Assembly: GCA_964567575.1 (NCBI GenBank) | Contig: CAZMMZ010000002.1 | Coordinates: 1-64,000 of the forward strand | Origin: Candidatus Undinarchaeota archaeon | GTDB taxonomy: Archaea; Undinarchaeota; Undinarchaeia; Undinarchaeales; UBA543 | Reading direction: 5' to 3' | DNA length: 64,000 nucleotides | Shown: in pieces, positions 21,102-30,624 of the stretch | How the letters are laid out: the number at the start of each line of letters is the position of its first letter | Position numbering within the stretch: the first letter of the stretch is position 1 | Translations under genes and position numbers: made by a program | Notes under the pieces: model-generated | What the model saw: the letters and a program-made list of their open reading frames with translations, nothing else | The model's database searches: none | Told to the model about the DNA's origin: nothing

Positions 21102-21392
21102 ACTAAAAACTTGTGCGTGTGGAGTTCCTTGTATTGTTATGATATTCGCTTCTGAAACATATCCAAGTTCTTTTGCTTTGTTAACAACACGTTCTCCTAC
21201 AAGATTTGCAATATGGCATTTCTCTAGTTTCTCTGCAAATTGCTCAATTGTAATAATTTCTCCGCCATAATATATTTCACTAACGTTAATATTCAATTCA
21301 CCTTCTTCAAAAGTTTGTCCAATCAGTTCTTTATCACAAGCAGCTAGCACAATTGTTCCTTCCAAAGATGTTTGTGTATTACATGAAACCAT
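21096..21392 (-). CDS. DUF424 family protein
   Basis: VLAACDKELIG, YYGG, ANLVGERVV, GTPHAQ. Confidence 0.88.
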   Translation of the reverse strand: MVSCNTQTSLEGTIVLAACDKELIGQTFEEGELNINVSEIYYGGEIITIEQFAEKLEKCHIANLVGERVVNKAKELGYVSEANIITIQGTPHAQVFSL

Positions 21393-21393
21393 T

Positions 21394-21729
21394 TTATTTC
21401 CTCTTTTTCTTTACGCTGTTTTCCATTAAATAAGTTTCAATTTCTTGAACTTTCGGCATTAATGTTGCAAGAGTATCATTATCTGGTTTTGATTTGTATA
21501 CCTTCCAATCATCAAGCAAAACATAAAGATGCGCATTTGTTCCAACACCAGTCATCACAACTGCAAACCCGTTCTGCCTAATGCTTTTGTAAGCATTAAT
21601 TGGAACTTTCGTTAAAGGATCGCCTTCAATATTAGACCATAAAAATCCAAGAGTCTCCTCTGAAACCTTTTCAAAATAATTTTTGTAAGGACTTTCCTCT
21701 ATGATACTCTCAAATTTTTTTGTTTTCAT
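21394..21729 (-). CDS. Hypothetical protein
   Basis: Open frame tightly packed between aIF-2beta and DUF424; no recognised motif. Confidence 0.6.
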   Translation of the reverse strand: MKTKKFESIIEESPYKNYFEKVSEETLGFLWSNIEGDPLTKVPINAYKSIRQNGFAVVMTGVGTNAHLYVLLDDWKVYKSKPDNDTLATLMPKVQEIETYLMENSVKKKRK

Positions 21730-21733
21730 AAAA

Positions 21734-22156
21734 TCAGATTTTCCTAACTGGGTATTTTGCTGCACAAGCTTTGCATTTTATCCAAGGAACACCTTCAACC
21801 ATTCTAATTTCTGTATCTGGTTTCTTACATTCCTTGCAAATTACAAACTCATTAACATAATTTTCTAGTTTCTGGTTTAAGAAAGCATTATTCTTTACAG
21901 TTTTGATTCTAAGACGATGGTTTTCAACTTCTCCTCTTGTCCCAGTTTCAAGAGCCAAGTATTTTTGCAAGTGAGCAGGTTCTCTTTCAAGTGTGCGAGC
22001 AACATCTGCAAAATTTTTAATAAGTGTGTTGTTCCCTTCAACAAAAGACTGAAATTTAGGAATCTCAAATCTCTCTATTTCTTGTTCTTCAGTTTGTTTA
22101 GGAAGGCCTTCTCTTGCCCTGTTCAACATTTTTTGATATTCATCTTCTGTTGTCAT
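21734..22156 (-). CDS. eif2b: Translation initiation factor aIF-2 beta
   Basis: RFEIP, EGNNTLIKNF, CKECKKPDT...CKAC zinc ribbon. Confidence 0.93.
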   Translation of the reverse strand: MTTEDEYQKMLNRAREGLPKQTEEQEIERFEIPKFQSFVEGNNTLIKNFADVARTLEREPAHLQKYLALETGTRGEVENHRLRIKTVKNNAFLNQKLENYVNEFVICKECKKPDTEIRMVEGVPWIKCKACAAKYPVRKI

Positions 22157-22157
22157 T

Positions 22158-22760
22158 TTACACCAACTTCAGCAAATTTTTCTTTGGTTCAAAAACATCA
22201 CCTTTGTGCATGAGATTTTGAACTGCTGATACTACCAAATTCTCATCAAGGTCCTTTAAATCCTTTATCAATTCGTCTAAATTCACTCCATCTCCTTTAT
22301 CAAGTTCTTTTAATTTTTTGAATATGAGTTTTTCAAGATTTTCTGCCTGTTTTTCTGGGGTTGTTGCTATTGGTTTTGTCGAATTTAATTCAACTCTTCT
22401 TAAGAGTTCATGGTTAATATCTACTTTTTGCAATGCTTTTGATAAGATATTAAGTTCTCCTTCATACTCATTAATCTCTCCAAGCACATCAACAATATCT
22501 CCAACTTCTCTATCTTCAATTTCTGAGACACGATCTTTGAAAACTTTGATGTTTATTGTTTCTGTTGAATCATCAATTGTTGCGCTTGCAAATGATCTAT
22601 TTTCTGCAACAAATTTTTCAACAATTGTTCCAAGAATTCTAACTCTTGAACTTTTTACTCCAGAAGGAGTTGTGATTGATCCGCCATATCCAGATTCTGC
22701 AGCTTCGTATGTTCCTTGAACAATATCTCTAATCCAAAGCTTAACTGCAGACTCTGCCAT
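22158..22760 (-). CDS. RPA32-like ssDNA-binding protein (OB fold + winged helix)
   Basis: RVRILGTIV, IDDSTETI, C-terminal GDVFEPK winged helix. Confidence 0.85.
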   Translation of the reverse strand: MAESAVKLWIRDIVQGTYEAAESGYGGSITTPSGVKSSRVRILGTIVEKFVAENRSFASATIDDSTETINIKVFKDRVSEIEDREVGDIVDVLGEINEYEGELNILSKALQKVDINHELLRRVELNSTKPIATTPEKQAENLEKLIFKKLKELDKGDGVNLDELIKDLKDLDENLVVSAVQNLMHKGDVFEPKKNLLKLV

Positions 22761-23659
22761 TAAAACAACACCGCCAAAAATTCAACCATTATCGATAGTA
22801 TGAATGCAATTATTGTGCATGCTGCTATTGGTGGAAGAGCTGGTATTGCTCCTTTCTTGCTGTTAATCAAAATAGAATATACTGCAATTATTCCAAAGAA
22901 CGCTCCGAATATCACAGCGATTCCTGAGAAAAGGGAATGTCTTGCTGCAGCTACTGCAAAAATCACTGGGAATGCAATATCTCCAGTTCCAAGCATCATG
23001 AATTTTCTTTTTCCTTTTTTGTCTTTTCCTGGGCTTGCATCATCTACTTTTGCTTTCATTCCTTCTAATTTGGTTGGAACAATAAGTGACAGTGGAACAT
23101 TTCTTGATATCAAATTCTTAAACATCTTTACCATGTGTTTTGTTTTGTAAACAGCAATGTAATCATAAATTGATAATACAATCAGGATAATTATCACAGC
23201 GTCCACCGGCAGAATTAATCCAATGCGTGCTCCAATTCCAGCAATTGCCAGAGTCATTACTGCATTTTGTAAAAAGACAGTCGGATGAACGAATCTTAAT
23301 ATAACAAGAGCAATTGCAAATGTTATCCCAAATATTTGAGGAATGAATGTAGTTAGAACCATTTCTGTTCCAATGAACATCATTGCCGCAAGCATTATTT
23401 TGAAAAGCCATTTCCCTTTTACAAATTTGATTAACGAAATCAAAATAACTGTTGCAATAAGGAATGCAATTAAGAAACTTCCTACAGAGGCACTAACCTC
23501 CATTGTTTCAGCAAATACTGGTAATTTTAAATTCAAAAATCCAACTAAAATTCCTATAATCTGAGCAAGCATAAACATGCCAGCACCAATTGCAAACATA
23601 TTCATGTCAAATTCAATTGGGACTTCAGGACTTTTGGAGGAATCCGGGTTTTGGCTCAT
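22760..23659 (-). CDS. Presenilin-like intramembrane aspartyl protease (PSH)
   Basis: IYDYIAV, LGTGD and PALP motifs; multi-pass. Confidence 0.9.
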   Translation of the reverse strand: MSQNPDSSKSPEVPIEFDMNMFAIGAGMFMLAQIIGILVGFLNLKLPVFAETMEVSASVGSFLIAFLIATVILISLIKFVKGKWLFKIMLAAMMFIGTEMVLTTFIPQIFGITFAIALVILRFVHPTVFLQNAVMTLAIAGIGARIGLILPVDAVIIILIVLSIYDYIAVYKTKHMVKMFKNLISRNVPLSLIVPTKLEGMKAKVDDASPGKDKKGKRKFMMLGTGDIAFPVIFAVAAARHSLFSGIAVIFGAFFGIIAVYSILINSKKGAIPALPPIAACTIIAFILSIMVEFLAVLF

Positions 23660-25655
23660 ATAAATCTCCTTTATTTTTTAATTTTTCAATTAGTTCAAGC
23701 GCTGCCAATTGGTCAATGCCTCTCTCCTTAGAATTATTAATTATATCTTCAACAGGAACCGCTTTACCGACTTTCTGTGTCAGGTCATCTATTATTGTCA
23801 GCATAGTATATATTTTACTACGTTGTGCAGAACTTGTGCTTGCTTCTATTCTGTCAATATCAATTCTTCCAGTTTCTGGTTCTGTTCCAAGTTCTTTAAG
23901 TGAATATTCTAAAAGTCTAGTTGCCCGTTGTGCATCTTCTATAGTTACTTCTTCTGAAAGTCTGACGCGCGCGCTTGCTTCTGCAATTCTGACAAGAGCT
24001 TCAAGTTGTCTTGGTGTAAGAGGAACAGTTGTGTCTCCAGTTTCTCCAACATATTTTGTACGCCAGCTAACATAAAATTCTTGAATAAGATCTCTTGCTT
24101 CTGGCATTAATTTTGGTTTCACATTTATCTTTGCATATGCAACATATTTCCTCATCATTTCTTCACTAACTTCTGGAGTTATTTTTTGAGGTTCTTGAAT
24201 AGCATTGAGAACGTGAGTTGATAATTTTTCATCACGTTCTCTTGAAGGAATATCCTGAATTGGGAATTTTAAATCAAAACGACTTAGGATAACCGGAGAC
24301 AAATTTATTTGTTCTGCTAAAAGTTTGTATCTGTCAAATCGTCCGTATTTTGGATTTGCTGCAGCAAGAACAGATGTGTTTGCTTTAAGGGTTGTTACAA
24401 TTCCTGCTTTAGCAATAGAAATTGTTCCTTGTTCCATAGCTTCCAGCATAGCACTTCTATCATCATCACTCATTTTATCAAATTCATCAACAGAAGCAAT
24501 TCCATTATTTGCAAGAATTAAAGCTCCAGCCTCAAGAATCCATCCGCCAGCAAATTCATCACGAACAACAGCTGCTGTTAAACCAACCCCAGATGCTTTC
24601 TTACCTGAAACAAAACGTCCTTTTGGTGCAAGTCTTGAAACAAACCATAACAGCTGTGACTTTGCAACACCAGGATCTCCAACAAGGAAGATGTGGATAT
24701 TCCCTCTTAATTTTGTTCCATCAGAATGTTCTTTATTTACTCCACCAAAAATTTGCAAAAGTATTGCTTCTTTGATGTCGCCATATCCATAAATCGACGG
24801 GGCAATTGAACCAATTAATTTTTTGTAAATGTCTTTACTTTCCGCAAGTTTTTTTATTTCTTCAATATCCTCTTCAGATATTTCAATTTCTTCAAATTCC
24901 TTTTCAGTTGCTATTACATAATTTGCATCTAAGTATAAATCAAACCGATTTGTTTGAGTTCCCATTTTTGTATGAACTGGGGCTTTTCGTAGTATTCCAA
25001 AAACTTTAACACGATTACCTGGTGTAGTTTTTTTCCTTTCAAGCGGTGTAACTAAATCATCTGTTAAGTGAATGTAAAGTTGAGATGGCTGTTCTCCTCC
25101 CCTAATTTCTTCTGGTGGTTCCTGAACTCCGATTCTTTGAGCATTAACAAGATCAACTCTAAGGAGTTTGAATTTTCCACGTCGTCCACAAGTTGGATTA
25201 TCACAAGCATATGGTAATTGCATATTCTTTCCAAATTGTGGGGTGATTATTTCTTTATTACAATCTGGGCATTGGAAAACTGCTCTTGTTGCTTCTGGTC
25301 TTACATCAGTTGCACTTTTAACAATACCATCAACTGAAATCATTTTATCAATATGTTCTGATCTAAGATTTCTTATTGAAACATGATGAGTTTTTGGAAT
25401 ATTGTCAATACGAACATTGATATCATATTCTCCTTCCACCCCAAGATCAAGTTCTCCAATAGAATCTTTTGCTGCTTTCAGAGTTTCTTCTGGATCATTC
25501 AGAACTGAATCTGTAAGCTCTGTATCAAATTTATCTAAAACCGTATAATCAATAACAATTGATTTTTTTTCAGGGTATTCACGAGCTACGCTAAGTAAAT
25601 CATTGTAATAAGTTTCTCTAAAAAACTGAACGAATTTTTCGATTAGATCTTCCAT
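23625..25655 (-). CDS. mcm: MCM replicative helicase
   Basis: GDPGVAKSQ Walker A, VDEFDKM, LLSRFD-like ILSRFD, TPRQLE; CPDC/CDNPTC zinc; no intein. Confidence 0.98.
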   Translation of the reverse strand: MEDLIEKFVQFFRETYYNDLLSVAREYPEKKSIVIDYTVLDKFDTELTDSVLNDPEETLKAAKDSIGELDLGVEGEYDINVRIDNIPKTHHVSIRNLRSEHIDKMISVDGIVKSATDVRPEATRAVFQCPDCNKEIITPQFGKNMQLPYACDNPTCGRRGKFKLLRVDLVNAQRIGVQEPPEEIRGGEQPSQLYIHLTDDLVTPLERKKTTPGNRVKVFGILRKAPVHTKMGTQTNRFDLYLDANYVIATEKEFEEIEISEEDIEEIKKLAESKDIYKKLIGSIAPSIYGYGDIKEAILLQIFGGVNKEHSDGTKLRGNIHIFLVGDPGVAKSQLLWFVSRLAPKGRFVSGKKASGVGLTAAVVRDEFAGGWILEAGALILANNGIASVDEFDKMSDDDRSAMLEAMEQGTISIAKAGIVTTLKANTSVLAAANPKYGRFDRYKLLAEQINLSPVILSRFDLKFPIQDIPSRERDEKLSTHVLNAIQEPQKITPEVSEEMMRKYVAYAKINVKPKLMPEARDLIQEFYVSWRTKYVGETGDTTVPLTPRQLEALVRIAEASARVRLSEEVTIEDAQRATRLLEYSLKELGTEPETGRIDIDRIEASTSSAQRSKIYTMLTIIDDLTQKVGKAVPVEDIINNSKERGIDQLAALELIEKLKNKGDLYEPKPGFLQKS

Positions 25656-25672
25656 AGTGTCGCTTCTCCCTC

Positions 25673-25715
25673 TTTAGCTCAAAGAGCTAAAAGAACTCTG
25701 GGTCCCCAGAGTTCT
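25673..25715. terminator. Two back-to-back perfect hairpins between tbp and mcm
   Basis: TTTAGCTC-AAA-GAGCTAAA followed immediately by AGAACTCTGGG-TC-CCCAGAGTTCT. Confidence 0.5.
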
Positions 25716-26352
25716 AAATAACTTTGATCCTTCTCAGTTCTGCAATCATTTTTTGCACACCGCGGTCAAGGTCAACGCGTTTCTTTGCGCCGGTGCAAAC
25801 AATTTTACCTGAACGGAACAATAGGAATACTACTTTTGGATTTTCAACTCTGAACACAAGTCCAGGGAACTGTTCCGGTTCAAATTCAGCATTCTGCAAT
25901 GCAAAAGCAATTTTGTCCAAGTTTAACTCGACTGTCAAATCTGAGCTTGCCACCATGTTCTGAATTGTTATTGTTGGCGGACCTCTGATTTTTTGTCCTG
26001 TGCCTCGAATAAGTTTGATTGTTTTATCAATTGCAATTTTAATGAACTTTGGAGCTTTTGCTCCTGTGCAAACCATCTTACCGGAGCTGAATACAAGTAT
26101 AGCAGATTTTGGATCTTCTAGTCTTAGAACAAGTCCTGGGAATTGTTCTGGCTCATATTCTGCGCCTGGTAATGAAGCAGCGAGTTTGTCAAGGTCTATT
26201 TCTGCATCTACAGAAATAGAAGCCACGACATTTTCAATACGAATTTTCGGCTTAAAACCGCGAACAAGTTTCTTTGGTTTTGGTTTAGCTGATTTTTTTG
26301 ACTTGCTTGTGGTTTTTGCTTTAGTTTTAGTTGTTTTCTTTTTTAGTGCCAT
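25714..26352 (-). CDS. tbp: TATA-box binding protein
   Basis: Two repeats, ENVVAS...YEPEQFPGLV...FSSGKMVCTGAK and QNMVAS...FEPEQFPGLV...FRSGKIVCTGAK. Confidence 0.98.
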   Translation of the reverse strand: MALKKKTTKTKAKTTSKSKKSAKPKPKKLVRGFKPKIRIENVVASISVDAEIDLDKLAASLPGAEYEPEQFPGLVLRLEDPKSAILVFSSGKMVCTGAKAPKFIKIAIDKTIKLIRGTGQKIRGPPTITIQNMVASSDLTVELNLDKIAFALQNAEFEPEQFPGLVFRVENPKVVFLLFRSGKIVCTGAKKRVDLDRGVQKMIAELRRIKVI

Positions 26353-26363
26353 TTTCCCACCTC

Positions 26364-26432
26364 GAGAATATTATTCTCCTTTATAAATACCCTATAAAGG
26401 AAATTATTATTCATTGAAGCCCTTTATAAAGG
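26364..26432 (-). promoter_or_regulatory. tbp upstream region with three TATA-like boxes and a palindrome
   Basis: GAGAATA-T-TATTCTC (26364-26378); TTTATAAA (26380-26387); CCTTTATAG on minus (26392-26400); CCTTTATAAAGG palindrome (26421-26432). Confidence 0.5.
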
Positions 26433-26468
26433 CTCCGGACATCCTACCTTTCCACTGGAGTTATAATG

Positions 26469-27722
26469 TTACGTTCCAGCACTGTAATCAGTAGCGTACT
26501 TCTTCTGCTCTTCACTCAAAACATCAAGTCCCAATCCCATTGTGTTAAGTTTCAAATCAGCAATTTCCTGATCCTGCTCTTTTGCAATATCATAAACTCT
26601 GTTCTCCAGGTCCTTGCCTTTTTCTGCAATGTGGATCATTGTTTTGAATTGGTTAGCAAAGCTCATATCCATAACTTCACTAGGATGGCCTTCAGCTGCT
26701 GCCAGATTAACTAATCTTCCTTTAGCAAGCACATAAATTCGTCTTCCATCCGGCATCTTGTACTCTTCATTGTTTGGACGAATCTCCCGTTTGCTTTCAG
26801 AAAGTTCTTCCAATTCCGGAATCTTGATTTCGCAGTCGTAGTGACCAGTGTTGCAAACAATTGCTCCGTCTCGCATTGTTTCAAAATGTCTTTTAACAAT
26901 AATATCTTTCATACCAGTTGCAGTAATGAAAATATCTCCAATTTTTGCAGCTTCATCCATTTTCATAACTCTGAAACCTTCAAGAGTTGCTTTCAAAGCC
27001 TGTATTGGATCAACTTCAGTAACAATAACATTTGCACCAAGTCCTTTTGCGCGCATTGCACATCCTTTTCCGCAGTGACCGTAACCAGCAACTACAAAAT
27101 TCTTTCCAGCAATTAGTACAGAAGTTGCTCGAATAATACCGTCAATAGAACTCTGACCAGTTCCGTAAACATTATCAAAATCCCATTTTGTTTCAGCATC
27201 ATTTACAGCAATAACTGGGTAGAGCATTTTTCCGTCATCAGCCATTGCTCTCAATCTGTGAACGCCAGTTGTGGTTTCCTCAGAACCACCGAGAATTTCT
27301 TTAGCTAGTTCTGGGTGTTTGTTATGAACTGTGAAAATAAGATCAGCACCATCATCAAGAGTGATTGTTGGTTTTGCAGCAATGCACTGTTCAATACTCC
27401 AATAAAATCCTTCAGTGTCTTGGCCGTACCATGCGAAAACATCAACATTTTCCTCTTCAGCAAGAGCTGCAGCAACATCATCCTGAGTGCTTAGTGGATT
27501 ACAACCACTCCACACAATTTTAGCGCCAGCATCACGTAAGGTTTTTACAAGAACAGCAGTCTCTTTAGTAACGTGGAGACAGCCAGCAATTGTTTGACCG
27601 GCTAGCGGTTTGGTCTCAGAATACTTTTTTCTGAGAGCCATCATGACAGGCATTCTTGATTCTGCCCAGTCAATTTTTAATCTTCCTTGTTCTGCAAGTT
27701 TTGGGTCTGCTACTTTTGACAT
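26469..27722 (-). CDS. ahcY: S-adenosylhomocysteine hydrolase
   Basis: GCLHVTKET, SGCNPLSTQD, EETTTG, DNVYGTGQS, GYGHCGKG, GHPSEVMDMSF. Confidence 0.97.
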   Translation of the reverse strand: MSKVADPKLAEQGRLKIDWAESRMPVMMALRKKYSETKPLAGQTIAGCLHVTKETAVLVKTLRDAGAKIVWSGCNPLSTQDDVAAALAEEENVDVFAWYGQDTEGFYWSIEQCIAAKPTITLDDGADLIFTVHNKHPELAKEILGGSEETTTGVHRLRAMADDGKMLYPVIAVNDAETKWDFDNVYGTGQSSIDGIIRATSVLIAGKNFVVAGYGHCGKGCAMRAKGLGANVIVTEVDPIQALKATLEGFRVMKMDEAAKIGDIFITATGMKDIIVKRHFETMRDGAIVCNTGHYDCEIKIPELEELSESKREIRPNNEEYKMPDGRRIYVLAKGRLVNLAAAEGHPSEVMDMSFANQFKTMIHIAEKGKDLENRVYDIAKEQDQEIADLKLNTMGLGLDVLSEEQKKYATDYSAGT

Positions 27723-27835
27723 TCTAAATCACTCAAAAATAGGAATTCAAAGCTGTATAAGTAGTTTATGATAAAATATATTGTTTAGTAATATATTTAA
27801 AATACTGGCTTTACTTAATTCTTAAGGGGATTACA

Positions 27836-28621
27836 ATGGATTGGGGAATGAAAAACCGACTATCAAAAATAATCAAGCCAGATACTGGCAGGACAGTCAT
27901 GCTCGCAATTGATCATGGCTATTTTATGGGTCCAACAACTGGTCTTGAAAAACCATGGGAAACTATCAAGGATCTTGCACCATATGCTGATGTTTTGATG
28001 ATGACACGTGGTGTTTTACGAAACTGTGTGCCACAAGATATTGACAAGCCAATTGTGCTTCGAGTTTCTGGTGGAACCAGCATAATCGGTAAGGAACTTC
28101 TTCACGAAGGCAAGACAGTTGATATTGAAGATGTTATTCGATTGAATTGCGCAGGCATGGCTTATTCTATAATGGTTGGCAGTGATTTTGAGCGAGATAC
28201 AATTCTTGATCTTGCTAATTACGCAGACCTTGCAGAGCGATACAACATACCGCTTTTAGCAGTAACAGCTGTTGGAAAAGGACTTGAACGCGATGCACGA
28301 TATCTTGGCCTTGCTAGCAGAATTGCAGCAGAACACGGAGCTCATATTGTTAAGACTTATTATTGTGAGGACTTTGAAAAAGTTGTGAATGGATGTCCAG
28401 TACCAATTGTTATTGCTGGCGGAAAGAAAATCCCAGAAAAGGATGCACTTACAATGGCTTACAATGCAATTCAAAAAGGTGCAATTGGTGTTGATATGGG
28501 AAGAAACATTTTCCAAAGCACTAATCCTGTTGCAATGATACAAGCAGTACGGGCTGTTGTTCATGACAATGCAACACCTGATGAAGCTTACAAGATTTTT
28601 GAAGAAAAATCTCAAAACTAA
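27836..28621 (+). CDS. lsrF: LsrF-like class I aldolase/thiolase
   Basis: DWGMKNRLS...VMLAIDHGYFMGPTTGLE, IVKTYY, IVIAGGKK, GVDMGRNIFQ. Confidence 0.85.
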   Translation: MDWGMKNRLSKIIKPDTGRTVMLAIDHGYFMGPTTGLEKPWETIKDLAPYADVLMMTRGVLRNCVPQDIDKPIVLRVSGGTSIIGKELLHEGKTVDIEDVIRLNCAGMAYSIMVGSDFERDTILDLANYADLAERYNIPLLAVTAVGKGLERDARYLGLASRIAAEHGAHIVKTYYCEDFEKVVNGCPVPIVIAGGKKIPEKDALTMAYNAIQKGAIGVDMGRNIFQSTNPVAMIQAVRAVVHDNATPDEAYKIFEEKSQN

Positions 28622-28623
28622 AA

Positions 28624-29616
28624 ATGCGTGTAGCAATATATTACAACAATTCTGATGTTCGCATAGAAGAACGTGATATTCCTGAGATTGGTCCAGGCGA
28701 AATTCTTGTAAAAGCAAAAGCATGTGGCATATGCGGTTCTGATGTAATGGAATGGTATCGCATAAAAAAAGCTCCACTTATTCTTGGTCATGAAATGACT
28801 GGTGTTGTAGAAAAAGTTGGAGAAGGTGTTACAAATTTCAAAGAAGGCGATAGAGTTTTTGTTTCACATCATGTTCCTTGTATGGATTGCAAATATTGCA
28901 AAGATGAAAATGAAACAGTTTGTGATTCTCTTAGAACAACAAATTTTGCACCCGGTGGGTTTTCAGAATATGTTAAAGTGCCTGAAATAAATGTTAAACA
29001 CGGAACATTTTTACTTCCTACTGAAATCTCTTTTGAAGAAGGAACACTTATTGAACCGCTTGCTTGTGTTCTTCGCGGGCAGAGGAAAGCCAATCTAAAA
29101 AGTGGAAATAGTGTTCTTGTAATTGGAAGTGGCGTTGCAGGAATGTTGCATGTCCAAATGGCAAAAGCAAATGGTGCGAGGAAAATAGTTGCAACAGATC
29201 GTAATGATTACAAACTTGGACTTGTTCAAAAATTCGGAGCAGATGAAGCAAAAAATGCTAGTGAAGAATTAACAGAAAAATTTGATAGAGTTATAATTTG
29301 CGCTGCAGCGCTTCCTGCAATTGAACAAGGTTTCAAATCTGTTGACAAAGGTGGAAACGTACTTCTTTTCGCTCCAACAAAACCCGAAGTTAATGTTTCA
29401 TTACCTGTGTGGGATTTGTGGAAAGATTGTGTAACTGTTACAACTTCTTATGCTGGAGCTCCACGAGATATCAAAGAAGCAATTGAATTAATACGAACAA
29501 AGAAAGTGAATGCATCGGATATGATAACTCACAAGCTTCCGCTTGAAAAAGCGCAAGAAGGATTTAATCTTGCTGCTGGCTCTGGTGAGTCAGTTAAAGT
29601 TGTTTTAGAAATCTAA
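28624..29616 (+). CDS. Zn-dependent medium-chain (polyol/sugar) dehydrogenase
   Basis: CGICGSD, GHE, CxxCxxC-x7-C structural zinc, IEPLAC, GSGVAG. Confidence 0.9.
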   Translation: MRVAIYYNNSDVRIEERDIPEIGPGEILVKAKACGICGSDVMEWYRIKKAPLILGHEMTGVVEKVGEGVTNFKEGDRVFVSHHVPCMDCKYCKDENETVCDSLRTTNFAPGGFSEYVKVPEINVKHGTFLLPTEISFEEGTLIEPLACVLRGQRKANLKSGNSVLVIGSGVAGMLHVQMAKANGARKIVATDRNDYKLGLVQKFGADEAKNASEELTEKFDRVIICAAALPAIEQGFKSVDKGGNVLLFAPTKPEVNVSLPVWDLWKDCVTVTTSYAGAPRDIKEAIELIRTKKVNASDMITHKLPLEKAQEGFNLAAGSGESVKVVLEI

Positions 29617-29662
29617 GTTCTTAGGGAAAAAGCATTAATACCAAAGATAAGATAATTATTGT

Positions 29663-30034
29663 ATGGGTATATACAGAAAATTCAAAACATTTTTTTCAGC
29701 TACAGATAGACACATTAAAGATGAATTGAATAAGCTTCTTAGTCGTGGTGGAAATATTTTAAGTGCGAATTTTAAATTAATTGATACTCATGGAGATGAA
29801 CAAGAATTTTCTTGTAAAGATAATTTTGGGCATAAAATGACAATTACTCTTAATGATGGTGGCTGGGTGCAGAGTGTTAGTGGAAAATTATCAGAAGAGT
29901 TTGTAGAAACCATTATGGAAGCAATGCAACCTCCTGACAATAAAAAATCTGCGCGTAAAGCTAAAGCAGCAGCAGAAAAATTATTTGGTACTCCAGTGTC
30001 TATGAGGCACAGTGGTCGCAACGCATATGCTTAA
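29663..30034 (+). CDS. Hypothetical protein
   Basis: 123-aa ORF filling the gap between the dehydrogenase and apt. Confidence 0.6.
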   Translation: MGIYRKFKTFFSATDRHIKDELNKLLSRGGNILSANFKLIDTHGDEQEFSCKDNFGHKMTITLNDGGWVQSVSGKLSEEFVETIMEAMQPPDNKKSARKAKAAAEKLFGTPVSMRHSGRNAYA

Positions 30035-30592
30035 TTATTCTTTCACATCTTCATTATCGTAATGTTGCAGTGAAAGCAAATCATATTTTCCTAATTTTTC
30101 TCGTCCTTTCAAAAAGTCTAGTTCAACAACAAAGCACATTCCAGCAACTACCCCGCCAATCCTCTCAATAAGATTCGCAGTTGCTTTGATTGTCCCACCA
30201 GTAGCAAGAAGATCATCAACAAGCAAAACTTTTTGCCCTTGCTTTATTGTATCTTCATGCATCTCTATTTTGTCCGTTCCATATTCTAATTCGTATTCTT
30301 CGAAAACAGTTTTGCTTGGAAGTTTGCCTGGTTTTCTCACAATTGAAAGTGGCTTGCCAAGTGCATATGCAAGTGCAGCTCCAAAAATAAAACCACGAGC
30401 CTCCACACCAACAATAACATCAATTTCTTTATCTTTGTAATGCTCTGCAAAAGTGTCAATACAATACTTGAAAGCTTCTGGGTTTTCTAGGATAGTTGTA
30501 ATATCATAAAACAAAATCCCTTCTTTTGGGAAGTTTGGTATTTTTCTAATATGGTCGTCAATGTTAAATTCCATAAAATGTTTAAAGAGCAT
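30035..30592 (-). CDS. apt: Adenine phosphoribosyltransferase
   Basis: IPNFPKEGILFYDIT, EARGFIFG, RKPGKLP, LEYGTD, VDDLLATGGT. Confidence 0.97.
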   Translation of the reverse strand: MLFKHFMEFNIDDHIRKIPNFPKEGILFYDITTILENPEAFKYCIDTFAEHYKDKEIDVIVGVEARGFIFGAALAYALGKPLSIVRKPGKLPSKTVFEEYELEYGTDKIEMHEDTIKQGQKVLLVDDLLATGGTIKATANLIERIGGVVAGMCFVVELDFLKGREKLGKYDLLSLQHYDNEDVKE

Positions 30593-30624
30593 GAACTATT
30601 TAATCTTAACGTGAGGGATTAAAA

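Noticed and set aside
23625-25655. Inteins in MCM (and in AtpA at 57419-59191)
   Set aside because: Both proteins have normal length with continuous motifs
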